The translations under genes were made by a program, and so were the position numbers. From sequence record PQ567651.1: DNA of 64,000 nt, one strand, 5' to 3'. Under the pieces are notes generated by a model. That model did not search any database. It had not been told where the DNA came from and saw only the letters and a program-made list of their open reading frames with translations. Source of the stretch: Escherichia phage cardinal. Shown here piece after piece: positions 1-8,331 of the stretch; the first letter of the stretch is position 1; the number at the start of each line of letters is the position of its first letter.

Positions 1-168
1 TTCGCTTGCAATGTAAAAACACTATTGCCCTGTAATGCTTCCAGGTCATCATGTGCAAGGCGATACTCTTTAAAGCCTGATTCTATCATTTCAATAGCAT
101 CAAGTAAACGCGCGCGATGATAGAAAAAATCAGAGTTATCCAAATAAACACCGATCACAGATTTCATA
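1..168 (-). CDS. hypothetical protein, 3' part only (gene continues beyond window start)
   Basis: Minus-strand ORF with ATG at 168-166 reading MKSVIGVYLDNSDFF... and running off the window edge; not in the ORF track because truncated. Confidence 0.35.
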
Positions 169-496
169 ATTTTACCCTTTTGTTTGCGGCCTTTGCCGTT
201 TTCAAGATATAGTTTAAAGCATAACAAAAAATTGTCAAGCCTTTAAAGCGTACAACTATAAAACCTATTAAAACACAATGTATAACAACATGGCTATAGT
301 AGCAATACAACATAAAGCCATGCTTGTTTTCCTTCCTTCCTCGTATGCTGGATTTATTACGCTATATTGTACGGGAATAATTTTCATGCTGTTTCCTTAA
401 TGTCTTAAAACGTGGTTTACAATAGAAACAAGCATACAGAAGAAAAAAGATCCTGTCAATAAGATACCGAAAAATAAATGTAAATAGGGCATGGTT

Positions 497-799
497 TTAC
501 TCCTTAAAAAAATCATTGACAATTAAACTGATAACGCCCAGCACCAGATCACCAGGTAGTGCCGCGCTTTCGTTGTTGCTTGTTTGCACTTCCTCACTAG
601 TACCAGCACGATAGATTGCATGGTAAGCAATAGTATAATAACCTTTCGTTATTTCTTTAAGATTAATGATTAGCACGTTATTTGTTTCATCTTGAAACAA
701 TTTAGCGGTGATAGTATTGTTTTCTTTTACACTATCGACTTTTATTGATGGATCATTTACACCAGAAAAAAGAAAAAACGTTTTAGCTATGCCGTTCAT
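497..799 (-). CDS. hypothetical small early protein
   Basis: 100-aa ORF in a co-oriented minus-strand gene array; no recognisable motif. Confidence 0.45.
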   Translation of the reverse strand: MNGIAKTFFLFSGVNDPSIKVDSVKENNTITAKLFQDETNNVLIINLKEITKGYYTIAYHAIYRAGTSEEVQTSNNESAALPGDLVLGVISLIVNDFFKE

Positions 800-846
800 G
801 TAGTTCTCCTTTGTTGTGTGTATCTTATAACGTGCTTTCTATGTTG

Positions 847-1248
847 TCAATCTTTTATCTCGGTGCATTTTGCCAGGGTATACGTTGCAAGTGCTGACAC
901 TAGTTTTTCATTGCTACGATCTGCGGCTGTACTGTGTACTTTTTGAATACTTTTTAACCACGGCGTAAAATTTTGAGTAGTCAGCACACTGGTAATAATT
1001 TCACATGGCACATCTTCATTTAAGCCGTTAACAATAGATTTATCTATTTTTGCCGTTAGTTGTGTAACAGCACCATAAGCGATCATGTGTGAATCCTCCA
1101 TGATTTCATCGGGGATCGCATTATTAATAAGCATGACGTTTTCCATTGCATCAACGGCGCTTAATTCTGCTACTGTGGAGGATATCGCCGCGCTAGATGT
1201 TCCAACCATGCCAAAAGAGATTAAACCAGCGATCAATAATTTTTTCAT
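847..1248 (-). CDS. hypothetical secreted/periplasmic protein
   Basis: N-terminal MKKLLIAGLISFGMVGTSSAA looks like a signal peptide; start moved to second ATG, which has a GAGG RBS. Confidence 0.5.
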   Translation of the reverse strand: MKKLLIAGLISFGMVGTSSAAISSTVAELSAVDAMENVMLINNAIPDEIMEDSHMIAYGAVTQLTAKIDKSIVNGLNEDVPCEIITSVLTTQNFTPWLKSIQKVHSTAADRSNEKLVSALATYTLAKCTEIKD

Positions 1249-1256
1249 TTCTTGCC

Positions 1257-1439
1257 TCATATATGTTTTATTGAGATTATATTGTCACTATATACAACGT
1301 TTTTCAACGTGTCAATAAAAATCTTATTGCCTTCAATCCCCAGGATCACGCCGCTAGTTATGAAGCCATATTGATCACGATATCGGGCGCATAACCTTTG
1401 CCCCTGGGCTAGTGCCTTGCTTATTTCGTCTAATTTCAT
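1257..1439 (-). CDS. hypothetical small protein
   Basis: 60-aa ORF, co-oriented, tightly packed. Confidence 0.4.
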   Translation of the reverse strand: MKLDEISKALAQGQRLCARYRDQYGFITSGVILGIEGNKIFIDTLKNVVYSDNIISIKHI

Positions 1440-1534
1440 TTTTAAAGCTCCTGTAAAGCCGTCTAACGTTGATTTATAGGCTTATCCTGGCGTTACCATT
1501 GCCTATGGGTAACAAGCCTCTATATAAGCTAAAA

Positions 1535-1557
1535 GGGCGCTTATTGCGCCCTTTTTT
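1535..1557. terminator. intrinsic terminator hairpin (bidirectional)
   Basis: GGGCGC-TTATT-GCGCCC stem-loop flanked by an A-run upstream and a T-run downstream. Confidence 0.55.
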
Positions 1558-1711
1558 GTTATTCGTTCCAGTATCTTTTTGTGCTGCGATCTCTTTTTGT
1601 TTTGTTCCGCTTGTCGCCTTTTTTGGTGATCTCTTCGTTCCAATTTTTACGCGCCTTGCTGCGGTTGAATTTTTCGATCTGCTGTGATGCGTTCATGTTT
1701 CTTCCTCTTAA

Positions 1712-2071
1712 TTACGCCACGTTATGCTGTTTTGCCAGGATTACGATCATGCTTGCAATATATAACCAATAATTTTCCCGCTCACGGGTAACGGTTGTTT
1801 CTTTGCTTGTTTCTTTTATGTACTTCCATTCAATTAACAAGTGATCGATCTCGTTATAATCAAAAGCAATATTGATTTCTGACGGTAAACCTTGTAACCA
1901 GGAGGCTATCGCCTTGATCATGTTGTGATTGTAACGTTTTTGATTATCGGGATACCAGTATTCAGATGTAAAACGGCGCATCAGTTCGGTGATCTTTTCT
2001 TTTTCTGTTGTAGTACCCTCAAAAGAAATAGCCGACACAATGTAAGTTTTAATTGCTTTTACTGATTTCAT
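1712..2071 (-). CDS. hypothetical protein
   Basis: 119-aa ORF; promoter/palindrome module upstream at 2092-2112. Confidence 0.5.
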   Translation of the reverse strand: MKSVKAIKTYIVSAISFEGTTTEKEKITELMRRFTSEYWYPDNQKRYNHNMIKAIASWLQGLPSEINIAFDYNEIDHLLIEWKYIKETSKETTVTRERENYWLYIASMIVILAKQHNVA

Positions 2072-2091
2072 AATCTTATCTCTTTATTGTT

Positions 2092-2112
2092 GGCGGGAAA
2101 CCATTCCCCGCC
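2092..2112 (-). promoter_or_regulatory. GC-rich palindrome, member of a repeated leader/operator family
   Basis: ggcgggaaaccattccccgcc inverted repeat about 20 nt upstream of the start codon of 1712..2071; a TGTCAA (TTGACA on minus) lies about 45 nt further upstream. Confidence 0.5.
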
Positions 2113-2343
2113 GTTGTTGTTACTTTACTTATAAATGATGCTACTGTCAAACGGATATTATTTGTTTTTTAACGTTAATGTTCCCAGCTTATCAGCGTGA
2201 CGCAGACCAGGAAAGATCCATTTTCCTGATTCATCTTTTACCGGGGCTTTAAGCGTAGCGCCCAGGTTGGCGGCATTAACTTTACGTGCAACGTTGCGAG
2301 CGGCTTCACGGGTAGCGAAAGTGATCATGATGTTTTCCTCTTC

Positions 2344-2365
2344 TCTTTGTTAGGCGGTGGGCTAT
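2344..2365 (-). promoter_or_regulatory. GC-rich palindrome, same family
   Basis: ggcggtgggctattccaccgcc inverted repeat upstream of an unannotated ~56-aa minus-strand ORF (about 2163-2330). Confidence 0.4.
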
Positions 2366-2419
2366 TCCACCGCCTTGATGAATACAGTTTACTTTATTTT
2401 TGCAGTATTGCAAGCGGTT

Positions 2420-2635
2420 TTATGAAATAAATGTCAAAGTAAAATCATAATCTTTTGACAGTTTATATTGCACCTTGTTACCGTATATGTCACCTTTACG
2501 TAAAGATCCGCGAATACCTATTACATCCTTTACATCTTTAAGATTTTTCACGCCTGTAATGTCTTTATTGAAATGATCGTGATCAGAAAATAAAACCTGC
2601 TTTGCATTTTTTAACAGTGTGCGGATATTAGCCAT
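2420..2635 (-). CDS. hypothetical small protein
   Basis: 71-aa ORF preceded by palindrome 2656-2675. Confidence 0.45.
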   Translation of the reverse strand: MANIRTLLKNAKQVLFSDHDHFNKDITGVKNLKDVKDVIGIRGSLRKGDIYGNKVQYKLSKDYDFTLTFIS

Positions 2636-2655
2636 TTGATAATCTCTCTTACTAG

Positions 2656-2675
2656 GGGCGGCACTATTGCCGCCC
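2656..2675 (-). promoter_or_regulatory. GC-rich palindrome, same family
   Basis: gggcggcactattgccgccc followed by ctatgc..., then TGTCAA at the conserved distance. Confidence 0.45.
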
Positions 2676-2721
2676 TATGCATTACATTTTACTGATTTTA
2701 GTTATCTTGTCAATATTATTT

Positions 2722-2949
2722 TTAGTTTAATTGATCCAGGCACAACAAGCGATCAACATTCAGATCGGTTAGGCTAATCGTTGGCACCTGGTAGGATTCG
2801 ATGTACTCAACGCTCGACCATTGCCCGAAGTTAGCGACCGCCCAGCTATTCAAGGAAGAGTGAAGATCATCCCCTTTCTTCTCGGTGATAACTGCTACTA
2901 CCTGGGAGCTTCCAACCGTACCGGATACGCGAACAATAACGATAGCCAT
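2722..2949 (-). CDS. hypothetical small protein
   Basis: 75-aa ORF; GAAAGG RBS; palindrome 2972-2992 in the leader. Confidence 0.45.
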   Translation of the reverse strand: MAIVIVRVSGTVGSSQVVAVITEKKGDDLHSSLNSWAVANFGQWSSVEYIESYQVPTISLTDLNVDRLLCLDQLN

Positions 2950-2971
2950 AATGATAACCTTTCTTTGATTT

Positions 2972-2992
2972 GGCGGGAAACCATTTCCCGCC
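2972..2992 (-). promoter_or_regulatory. GC-rich palindrome, same family
   Basis: ggcgggaaaccatttcccgcc, identical to the copy at 5675-5695, followed by the conserved ctatgtgata box. Confidence 0.55.
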
Positions 2993-3003
2993 CTATGTGA
3001 TAT

Positions 3004-3031
3004 ATCTTACACTAATTTAAAACGTTGTCAA
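3004..3031 (-). promoter_or_regulatory. sigma70-like promoter (TTGACA, 16-nt spacer, TAAGAT)
   Basis: On the minus strand TTGACA at 3031-3026 and TAAGAT at 3009-3004; predicted transcript start falls at the edge of palindrome 2972-2992. Confidence 0.45.
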
Positions 3032-3126
3032 ATTATTTTCTATTTCTTCCGTAATAGCCCAATTTATGATCTAAGCTAAAACGTTTTGTGAGATAGGTCG
3101 AACGATGTTTCATTTTTATGTCTCCT

Positions 3127-3366
3127 TTACATTCCAACCATAGCGGCACGGATCGCGGTTTTACTGAACTTGAATCCGTCTGGCGTTTTATCTTGATCCA
3201 TACTTTCAAGAAATAACATCATATCCCGCGCTGCGTCATTCTTATTGGTGTTAGCTGCGATAAATTCACGCGCAAGATTATAAAAACCTTCATCGTTGTT
3301 GATCCAAAGGCTTACATTCCAATGAGTTTTGTTTTTGTGACCTAAGAACATTTTAGATTTAGCCAT
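3127..3366 (-). CDS. hypothetical small protein
   Basis: 79-aa ORF; palindrome 3391-3407 upstream. Confidence 0.5.
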   Translation of the reverse strand: MAKSKMFLGHKNKTHWNVSLWINNDEGFYNLAREFIAANTNKNDAARDMMLFLESMDQDKTPDGFKFSKTAIRAAMVGM

Positions 3367-3390
3367 GATGTTAATCTCTTTTTCAGTGAG

Positions 3391-3407
3391 GCGGGAACTA
3401 TTCCCGC
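3391..3407 (-). promoter_or_regulatory. GC-rich palindrome, same family
   Basis: gcgggaactattcccgc, identical core to the copy at 5227-5243; TGTCAA about 45 nt upstream on the minus strand. Confidence 0.5.
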
Positions 3408-3454
3408 TCTCGATATAAGTATTATATGCTTTTTATTCGTGCTGTCAATGCTTT

Positions 3455-3820
3455 TTATAAATCTTTTTTACGTTTAACATCGCTTGCATGACTGTATACA
3501 GCGATCCCATTATCACGGCAAAAACGGGAAAGATACGCGCCGCGTGAAAACTCTTTGCCCTCCAGGTTGATAACCTTGCTAAACTCTTCCAGGGCGACGG
3601 TATCAAAATGATCCCCATAACCATATTGAAACGGAACGTTAACGACTTCAATCAGTTTACCGCCGATCTCAACGTCAACCATCAAAGAGAAATAAGTATT
3701 ACCATAAGACTTTTGAAACCAGCGACGGGCGCTAATATGTACCGCTTCAATGCTGGATAGTTCAATTTTAGCAGTGTTAGCCAGGGTAGCATAAGCAGAA
3801 ACATTGATATTTTTAGCCAT
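3455..3820 (-). CDS. hypothetical protein
   Basis: 121-aa ORF in the co-oriented array. Confidence 0.5.
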   Translation of the reverse strand: MAKNINVSAYATLANTAKIELSSIEAVHISARRWFQKSYGNTYFSLMVDVEIGGKLIEVVNVPFQYGYGDHFDTVALEEFSKVINLEGKEFSRGAYLSRFCRDNGIAVYSHASDVKRKKDL

Positions 3821-4182
3821 AGTCTTTAATCTCTTTTGATTAGTTAGGAGTATTCCCGATAAAAGTTATTATGCTTGTACTATCGTTCGTTGTCAATAGC
3901 ACAAGACTAAAACTTTTAACGATAATCATCATAGGCTTTATTGACCTGGCGAATATAGCATTCAAAAGCTAGATCAATAGATTTATATTCACGGATATAA
4001 TCACCATAGGAAACCACATACATTTCTATAGCTTCCTCATATGCCAGGATGATAGAATCTAAACCTACGATCTCAGTCTTTGCAATAATAGCCATGCTTT
4101 TATTCCTTAGTAATGTTTCAATCTATATAAGCATTATAGCTTACTGATTTCAGGTGTCAAGTGATTTTTTATTTCACCTTAT

Positions 4183-4197
4183 GGGGCGTTGCCCCGC
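4183..4197 (-). promoter_or_regulatory. GC-rich palindrome, same family (degenerate)
   Basis: ggggcgttgccccgc followed by tttatgtggtacat and TGTCAA at 4233-4238. Confidence 0.35.
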
Positions 4198-4241
4198 TTT
4201 ATGTGGTACATATTACGGGGCTTGTTCGCATATGTCAAGCC

Positions 4242-4796
4242 TTACACAAGACAATTTTCATAATTTTTTAGGGCTTGTCTTTTTTCCTCTTCCGTCGGCA
4301 TGTATGGCTGGATCTCTTCCTCTTCCAGGGTAGGCATGATTTCTTCCTCTTCCTCCTGGTCGTCCTGGTCTTCCTCTTGCGCTACTGCAACAAGTTTATT
4401 GATCTTCTCCTGGGCTTTAATCAATTTTGCATCTAGCACCATTTTAGCGGTGTTGTATACCGTCCATGCCATGCGTTTTTCTTCGTATGCTTTATCTAGT
4501 GCGGCTAATTTAGCGGGATACTCTTCCAACACCTTAAAAGCCGGATCAATGCTGTATAAGGGATTATTTTTAGCGTCATCGCTTGGATCTGCGGCGCTTG
4601 CAATGTCAGCGTTGCCATTCGCCAGCCATCCAGGGCGAACGGATCGCGCCTTTGTGTTGCCGTTGCTCTTTGCCGCTCGATTTCCTATCTGCTCCCCGCT
4701 ATACCCTACCATGTGATCGATCATGTCATCTGGTATTATGCGCGGATCATTAGCGTCATGCTTTACCCAGGACTGGATCACATATTCACGCCCCAT
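4242..4796 (-). CDS. hypothetical protein with acidic glutamate-rich N-terminal region
   Basis: 184-aa ORF; poly-E tract in the N-terminal region (coded at the high-coordinate end on the minus strand). Confidence 0.5.
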   Translation of the reverse strand: MGREYVIQSWVKHDANDPRIIPDDMIDHMVGYSGEQIGNRAAKSNGNTKARSVRPGWLANGNADIASAADPSDDAKNNPLYSIDPAFKVLEEYPAKLAALDKAYEEKRMAWTVYNTAKMVLDAKLIKAQEKINKLVAVAQEEDQDDQEEEEEIMPTLEEEEIQPYMPTEEEKRQALKNYENCLV

Positions 4797-5058
4797 GTTC
4801 GTTCGCCTCTTCTGTTAGTAGTTTACATACCTTAAACATGCTTGCCGCGTCTTTTGACGGTAGCCAGCCTATGCGATACACTCCAGGATCTGGATTCGTT
4901 ATATCTGTTAATTGAGCGTTACGATGATTAAAAATAGTGTAACCGCCGCCAGCACGGGGATAAACATTATCTTTAAACCTGATAGCGTATCTCGCCAGGT
5001 TGAACGTTGTAGCATGTTCAAAAGCGATCACATTATCAAAAACTTTTAGAAAAAACAA
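4786..5058 (-). CDS. hypothetical small protein
   Basis: 90-aa ORF overlapping the upstream gene end by a few codons, typical phage packing. Confidence 0.45.
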   Translation of the reverse strand: MFFLKVFDNVIAFEHATTFNLARYAIRFKDNVYPRAGGGYTIFNHRNAQLTDITNPDPGVYRIGWLPSKDAASMFKVCKLLTEEANEHGA

Positions 5059-5226
5059 GATTATCCTCCCCAGCGTTTAAAGCCCGTTGCACGGTTATTT
5101 TTTAACTCTCGTTTTAGTCTCTTGCAACGGTTTACAAGTGCAAACCGTGCCGGAGTGGTAACAGTAGCGCCGTTTTTGGTGTGAATACTCATTACATATT
5201 GTTTCATAAAGTTTTATCCTATGTAA

Positions 5227-5243
5227 GCGGGAACTATTCCCGC
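5227..5243 (-). promoter_or_regulatory. GC-rich palindrome, same family
   Basis: gcgggaactattcccgc upstream of an unannotated ~43-aa minus-strand ORF; TGTCAA at the conserved offset. Confidence 0.45.
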
Positions 5244-5285
5244 TTTAAGATAGCTTATCAGGTTTTAGTGCAATGTCAACCGTTT

Positions 5286-5648
5286 TTATTCGTAAATTTT
5301 ACCGCTTTCTACCCATACCATAACGCGGCGCATATTATCCCATGCATCTTGTCGCAGATTTAAGGCATGCAATTCTTCGGTTGTGCTCATACCTGGTACG
5401 GGCTTGCTATATGTTACAAAGAGATCGCCAGCATATTCATAAGCCAGGGTAAGATCACATTGAATCATCTTTTTAAGCATAGCATTAAGCATCATATTAG
5501 CGGCATGTTGATCACGTTTTAGCGGTAGCGTTGCGATCTGTGAGCGATAGCTTTCGATCCGTGCATCCACTGCATCACGTGGAAGATTTTTCACGTCGTC
5601 GCGGAAAGATACCAGGTTTAACATGATAGTATTGATTTGCTTGCTCAT
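5286..5648 (-). CDS. hypothetical protein
   Basis: 120-aa ORF; palindrome and promoter module immediately upstream. Confidence 0.5.
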   Translation of the reverse strand: MSKQINTIMLNLVSFRDDVKNLPRDAVDARIESYRSQIATLPLKRDQHAANMMLNAMLKKMIQCDLTLAYEYAGDLFVTYSKPVPGMSTTEELHALNLRQDAWDNMRRVMVWVESGKIYE

Positions 5649-5674
5649 TGTGTTACCCTTTCTTTGATGGCCTG

Positions 5675-5695
5675 GCGGGAAACCATTTCCCGCCC
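5675..5695 (-). promoter_or_regulatory. GC-rich palindrome, same family
   Basis: ggcgggaaaccatttcccgcc plus ctatgtgata box, identical to the 2972-2992 copy. Confidence 0.55.
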
Positions 5696-5705
5696 TATGT
5701 GATAC

Positions 5706-5733
5706 ATCTTATCAGATTAAAAAACGTTGTCAA
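5706..5733 (-). promoter_or_regulatory. sigma70-like promoter (TTGACA, 16-nt spacer, TAAGAT)
   Basis: TTGACA at 5733-5728 and TAAGAT at 5711-5706 on the minus strand, same architecture as 3004-3031. Confidence 0.45.
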
Positions 5734-5752
5734 GAATATTTTTTAGATAATT

Positions 5753-6067
5753 TTAACTATATGATCCACATTGTTCGCAGTAGTGATCATCGTCGCCATC
5801 AGCTACCTGGCTGATAAAGTGATCTACTTTTGCTTTTAGGTTATTATAATTGTTTTCTACTTCCTTTAATCGCTCCTGATAGTAGCCCAGGGCTTTAATA
5901 TACGCCGCCTCTTCTGTTTTTTCACGCATGGCTAAATTCATGCCGCGCGTATCATCATACAGCCAAAAGCCATCGGTACATTCACTCATTGAAAGGGTAG
6001 GGCTTAACTCTTTATGATTAATTACCTTGCTCATAGTGTGCGCCTTATAGAATGATTGAAACAACAA
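5753..6067 (-). CDS. hypothetical protein with C-terminal cysteine cluster
   Basis: 104-aa ORF ending ...HYCEQCGSYS, possibly a small zinc-binding motif. Confidence 0.45.
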   Translation of the reverse strand: MLFQSFYKAHTMSKVINHKELSPTLSMSECTDGFWLYDDTRGMNLAMREKTEEAAYIKALGYYQERLKEVENNYNNLKAKVDHFISQVADGDDDHYCEQCGSYS

Positions 6068-6418
6068 TTGCTACAGTGATCCACACTGGAACGGCTAACA
6101 AAATAGCGTTAATCGTTCCAACCGTCAAGCTGTTTTCTTTCTTGATCATCGTTATCAACCTTTTATAAGTAATGTTATTGTGACGGTGGATTGTGGAGAT
6201 CCTCACCTTTGCCCGTCCTGCATTGCGCCCTCCTTTTGTTTATTGTCGTTGTGCCTCGCCCCCCTCGACAAGATGAATAATACGCTACCAGGTGAGGAAC
6301 GTCAACCCCTTTTTTAATCTTTTTTTCATTTCTTTTTTTTGCTTGCTATCTATAAAGGAAAGGGCTATTATCTTTCTACCACGCCAACCAGGGCGCACAT
6401 CAAAGAAAGGGCGATACC

Positions 6419-6685
6419 ATGACAAATACTACTTTACACCTCATGCACTCATTAGGCTGGCAAGGCGGCACGGTGCACCAGGTAGCAAGCGCAACGGGCT
6501 TAAAGGTTGAAACCGTTCTCAACCTGGGCGATCATAAGGTGGAAGAAATAGATCATTTTGATACGTTCGCAAATGGTTATCTATGGGCTTGCAGTGGCGG
6601 CGGGGAAAGCAAGATCCCACCAGGGGCGCGGGGTGATATATATTTTTGGTTAGGTGTCCTATCCTGGCAAGAAAACAAAAAATAA
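6419..6685 (+). CDS. hypothetical protein
   Basis: 88-aa ORF, first plus-strand gene after the divergent region. Confidence 0.4.
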   Translation: MTNTTLHLMHSLGWQGGTVHQVASATGLKVETVLNLGDHKVEEIDHFDTFANGYLWACSGGGESKIPPGARGDIYFWLGVLSWQENKK

Positions 6686-6835
6686 TATTGACAAGCCCAG
6701 GGATCGGGCTTATACTGTTTTACATACAGAAGAGGAAGCGCCACCCCCACGGCGTAAAGGCGGGGCTAACATACCAGGGCACTACTGGTTGGAAGGTTGA
6801 TCGCTGGTACAACGTATTTACAAAGGAGGTTAGCA

Positions 6836-7429
6836 ATGAAAAAAGTTTTTGGAGTAGGCATTAACGATAGTGCAAAGCCGATCAAAGGTTGTCGATTCTA
6901 TGCAACATGGCGCAACATGTTACAACGTTGTTATAGTGAATCATATCAGGACAAAAGGCCATCTTATAAAGGTTGTAGTGTTTGTGATGAATGGTTGACG
7001 TTTAGCACTTTTCGTGCTTGGATGGAACAGCAGGATCACCAGGGAAAACAATTAGATAAAGATATAATAACACCGGGTAATAAACTCTATTGTCCTGATC
7101 GTTGCGTATTTGTAACGCAAGAAATGAATAGTTTGTTAACAGTTACAAAGAGTAACAAAGGGGATCATCCTTTGGGTGTTTCATTTTTGAATCATAAACC
7201 ATTGCCGCGCCCTTATTTAGCAACAATACGTTATAATAACGTAGTGGAAAGATTAGGGTACTATGTAGATCCTTTATCCGCTCATTTGGCCTGGAATAGG
7301 CGCAAACGTGAAATAATCATAGAGATTATTAGTAATGAAACGGATTCAAGGATCGCCGCTGGCTTGGCTTTACGTGTTGACGCTCTCGATCTGGCTTATG
7401 AAAATAAAGCGGAAATAACTTGCTTATGA
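6836..7429 (+). CDS. putative homing-endonuclease-like / DNA-binding protein
   Basis: AGGAGG RBS then ATG at 6836; motif ATWRNMLQRCYSESY...YKGCSVCDEWLTFSTF, resembling the W..M..RC...Y.G..VC..W..F..F signature of phage HNH-associated proteins (assigned from memory). Confidence 0.4.
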   Translation: MKKVFGVGINDSAKPIKGCRFYATWRNMLQRCYSESYQDKRPSYKGCSVCDEWLTFSTFRAWMEQQDHQGKQLDKDIITPGNKLYCPDRCVFVTQEMNSLLTVTKSNKGDHPLGVSFLNHKPLPRPYLATIRYNNVVERLGYYVDPLSAHLAWNRRKREIIIEIISNETDSRIAAGLALRVDALDLAYENKAEITCL

Positions 7430-7432
7430 CGC

Positions 7433-7461
7433 TTGACAAGCGCCCGACAAGGGCGCATAAT
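7433..7461 (+). promoter_or_regulatory. sigma70-like promoter (TTGACA, 17-nt spacer, CATAAT)
   Basis: TTGACA at 7433-7438 and CATAAT at 7456-7461; fires into the non-coding repeat region. Confidence 0.45.
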
Positions 7462-7682
7462 CTCTTACATAGACAGGAACGCCTACCAATGGCGCTAAAC
7501 TTGGTGATGATAGCCGCAGGGCATCGACAGCTATAATCGCCGGTAGCTCGTCTAAAATAAATTTGTAAAGAAATGTAAAGATAAAAATAATCGCTTGCTT
7601 TTGTTGTTGGTTATGCTATTCTTATTGTATGGCGAGGGGACACGGGAGCGCGAGACAAACACCGCCCCTGCGCGTTATTTTC

Positions 7683-7800
7683 TAAATGAGAAAATTCTCA
7701 TTTGCTAATGATTCTCATTCTCTTACTGAGAATGATTATCACTTACATAATTAAATGATAATGATTCTCATTTACAAATGAGAATGATTATCATACGCAT
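7683..7800. promoter_or_regulatory. cluster of AT-rich palindromes resembling Fur boxes
   Basis: tgataatgattctcatt and aatgagaatgattatcat match the GATAATGATAATCATTATC Fur consensus at about 14-15 of 19 positions; 3-4 overlapping copies. Confidence 0.35.
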
Positions 7801-7810
7801 ACCTATAAAA

Positions 7811-8035
7811 ACACGAAATTGAACTTTTCATTTTTGATTTTTCTACGGAAAAAGGCAAAAAAACTTTAAATAAACTGGGGAATTTTTAAAAAATTGAAGT
7901 TTTCATTTTCAAAATCTGGATAGAAATACGTACAAAAACTTTAAATAATTTTGACCAAACTTGAACTTTTCATTTTCAAAATTTGTACCCAAAAATCTGT
8001 AAAAACTTTAAATAATTTTGTACTTTTTATAAAAA
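7811..8035. repeat. three tandem ~72-bp direct repeats (iteron-like)
   Basis: Each unit contains ttgaa(c/g)ttttcatttt(c/t)aaaat and aaaaactttaaataa; AT-rich, no ORF. Confidence 0.6.
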
Positions 8036-8171
8036 TGATTTTACTGTTCTGTTATAAGTAGTAGTTAAGAGATAGTATGCCTTTTAAAGATCAGATACCA
8101 TAGTCAAACAAACAAATTAAATACTTTATTAACAGAGTACAGAATAATATTTACTCTGGATATATTATTCA

Positions 8172-8210
8172 GAGGGTGGATTTCCGTACATGAAACCCAC
8201 ACCCCTTTTT
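8172..8210 (+). terminator. putative intrinsic terminator
   Basis: gggtggatttc / gaaacccac stem followed by ccccttttt; no plus-strand CDS upstream, so it may end a non-coding transcript. Confidence 0.4.
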
Positions 8211-8331
8211 ATAAAAATAAAAATTTTCAAAATATCAGTAAATATCAGATTGTGCTTTTAGATAAACAGCAAGGTCTGTATGCCATTTTCCTAAAAGATT
8301 TTGTCCTTTCCAACAGTCCTTATTTTCCACA

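Noticed and set aside
1085-1318. 77-aa plus-strand ORF
   Set aside because: Overlaps two co-oriented minus-strand genes and has no RBS; likely spurious.
4300-4716. 138-aa plus-strand ORF
   Set aside because: Ser-rich low-complexity translation antisense to gene 4242..4796. The same reasoning applies to other antisense track ORFs such as 9841..10065, 18983..19333, 35946..36185, 52520..52840 and 56198..56521.
2092-5695. GC-rich palindromes as rho-independent terminators
   Set aside because: No U-run follows them on either strand; they sit between promoter and RBS, not after a stop codon.
7811-8035. Tandem repeats as a possible CRISPR array
   Set aside because: Units are ~72 bp, AT-rich and mutually divergent with no conserved short palindromic repeat alternating with unique spacers.
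7440-8330. tRNA genes in the large non-coding region
   Set aside because: No cloverleaf-compatible segment with a GTTCRANYC T-loop found by eye; cannot be excluded without a covariance-model scan.
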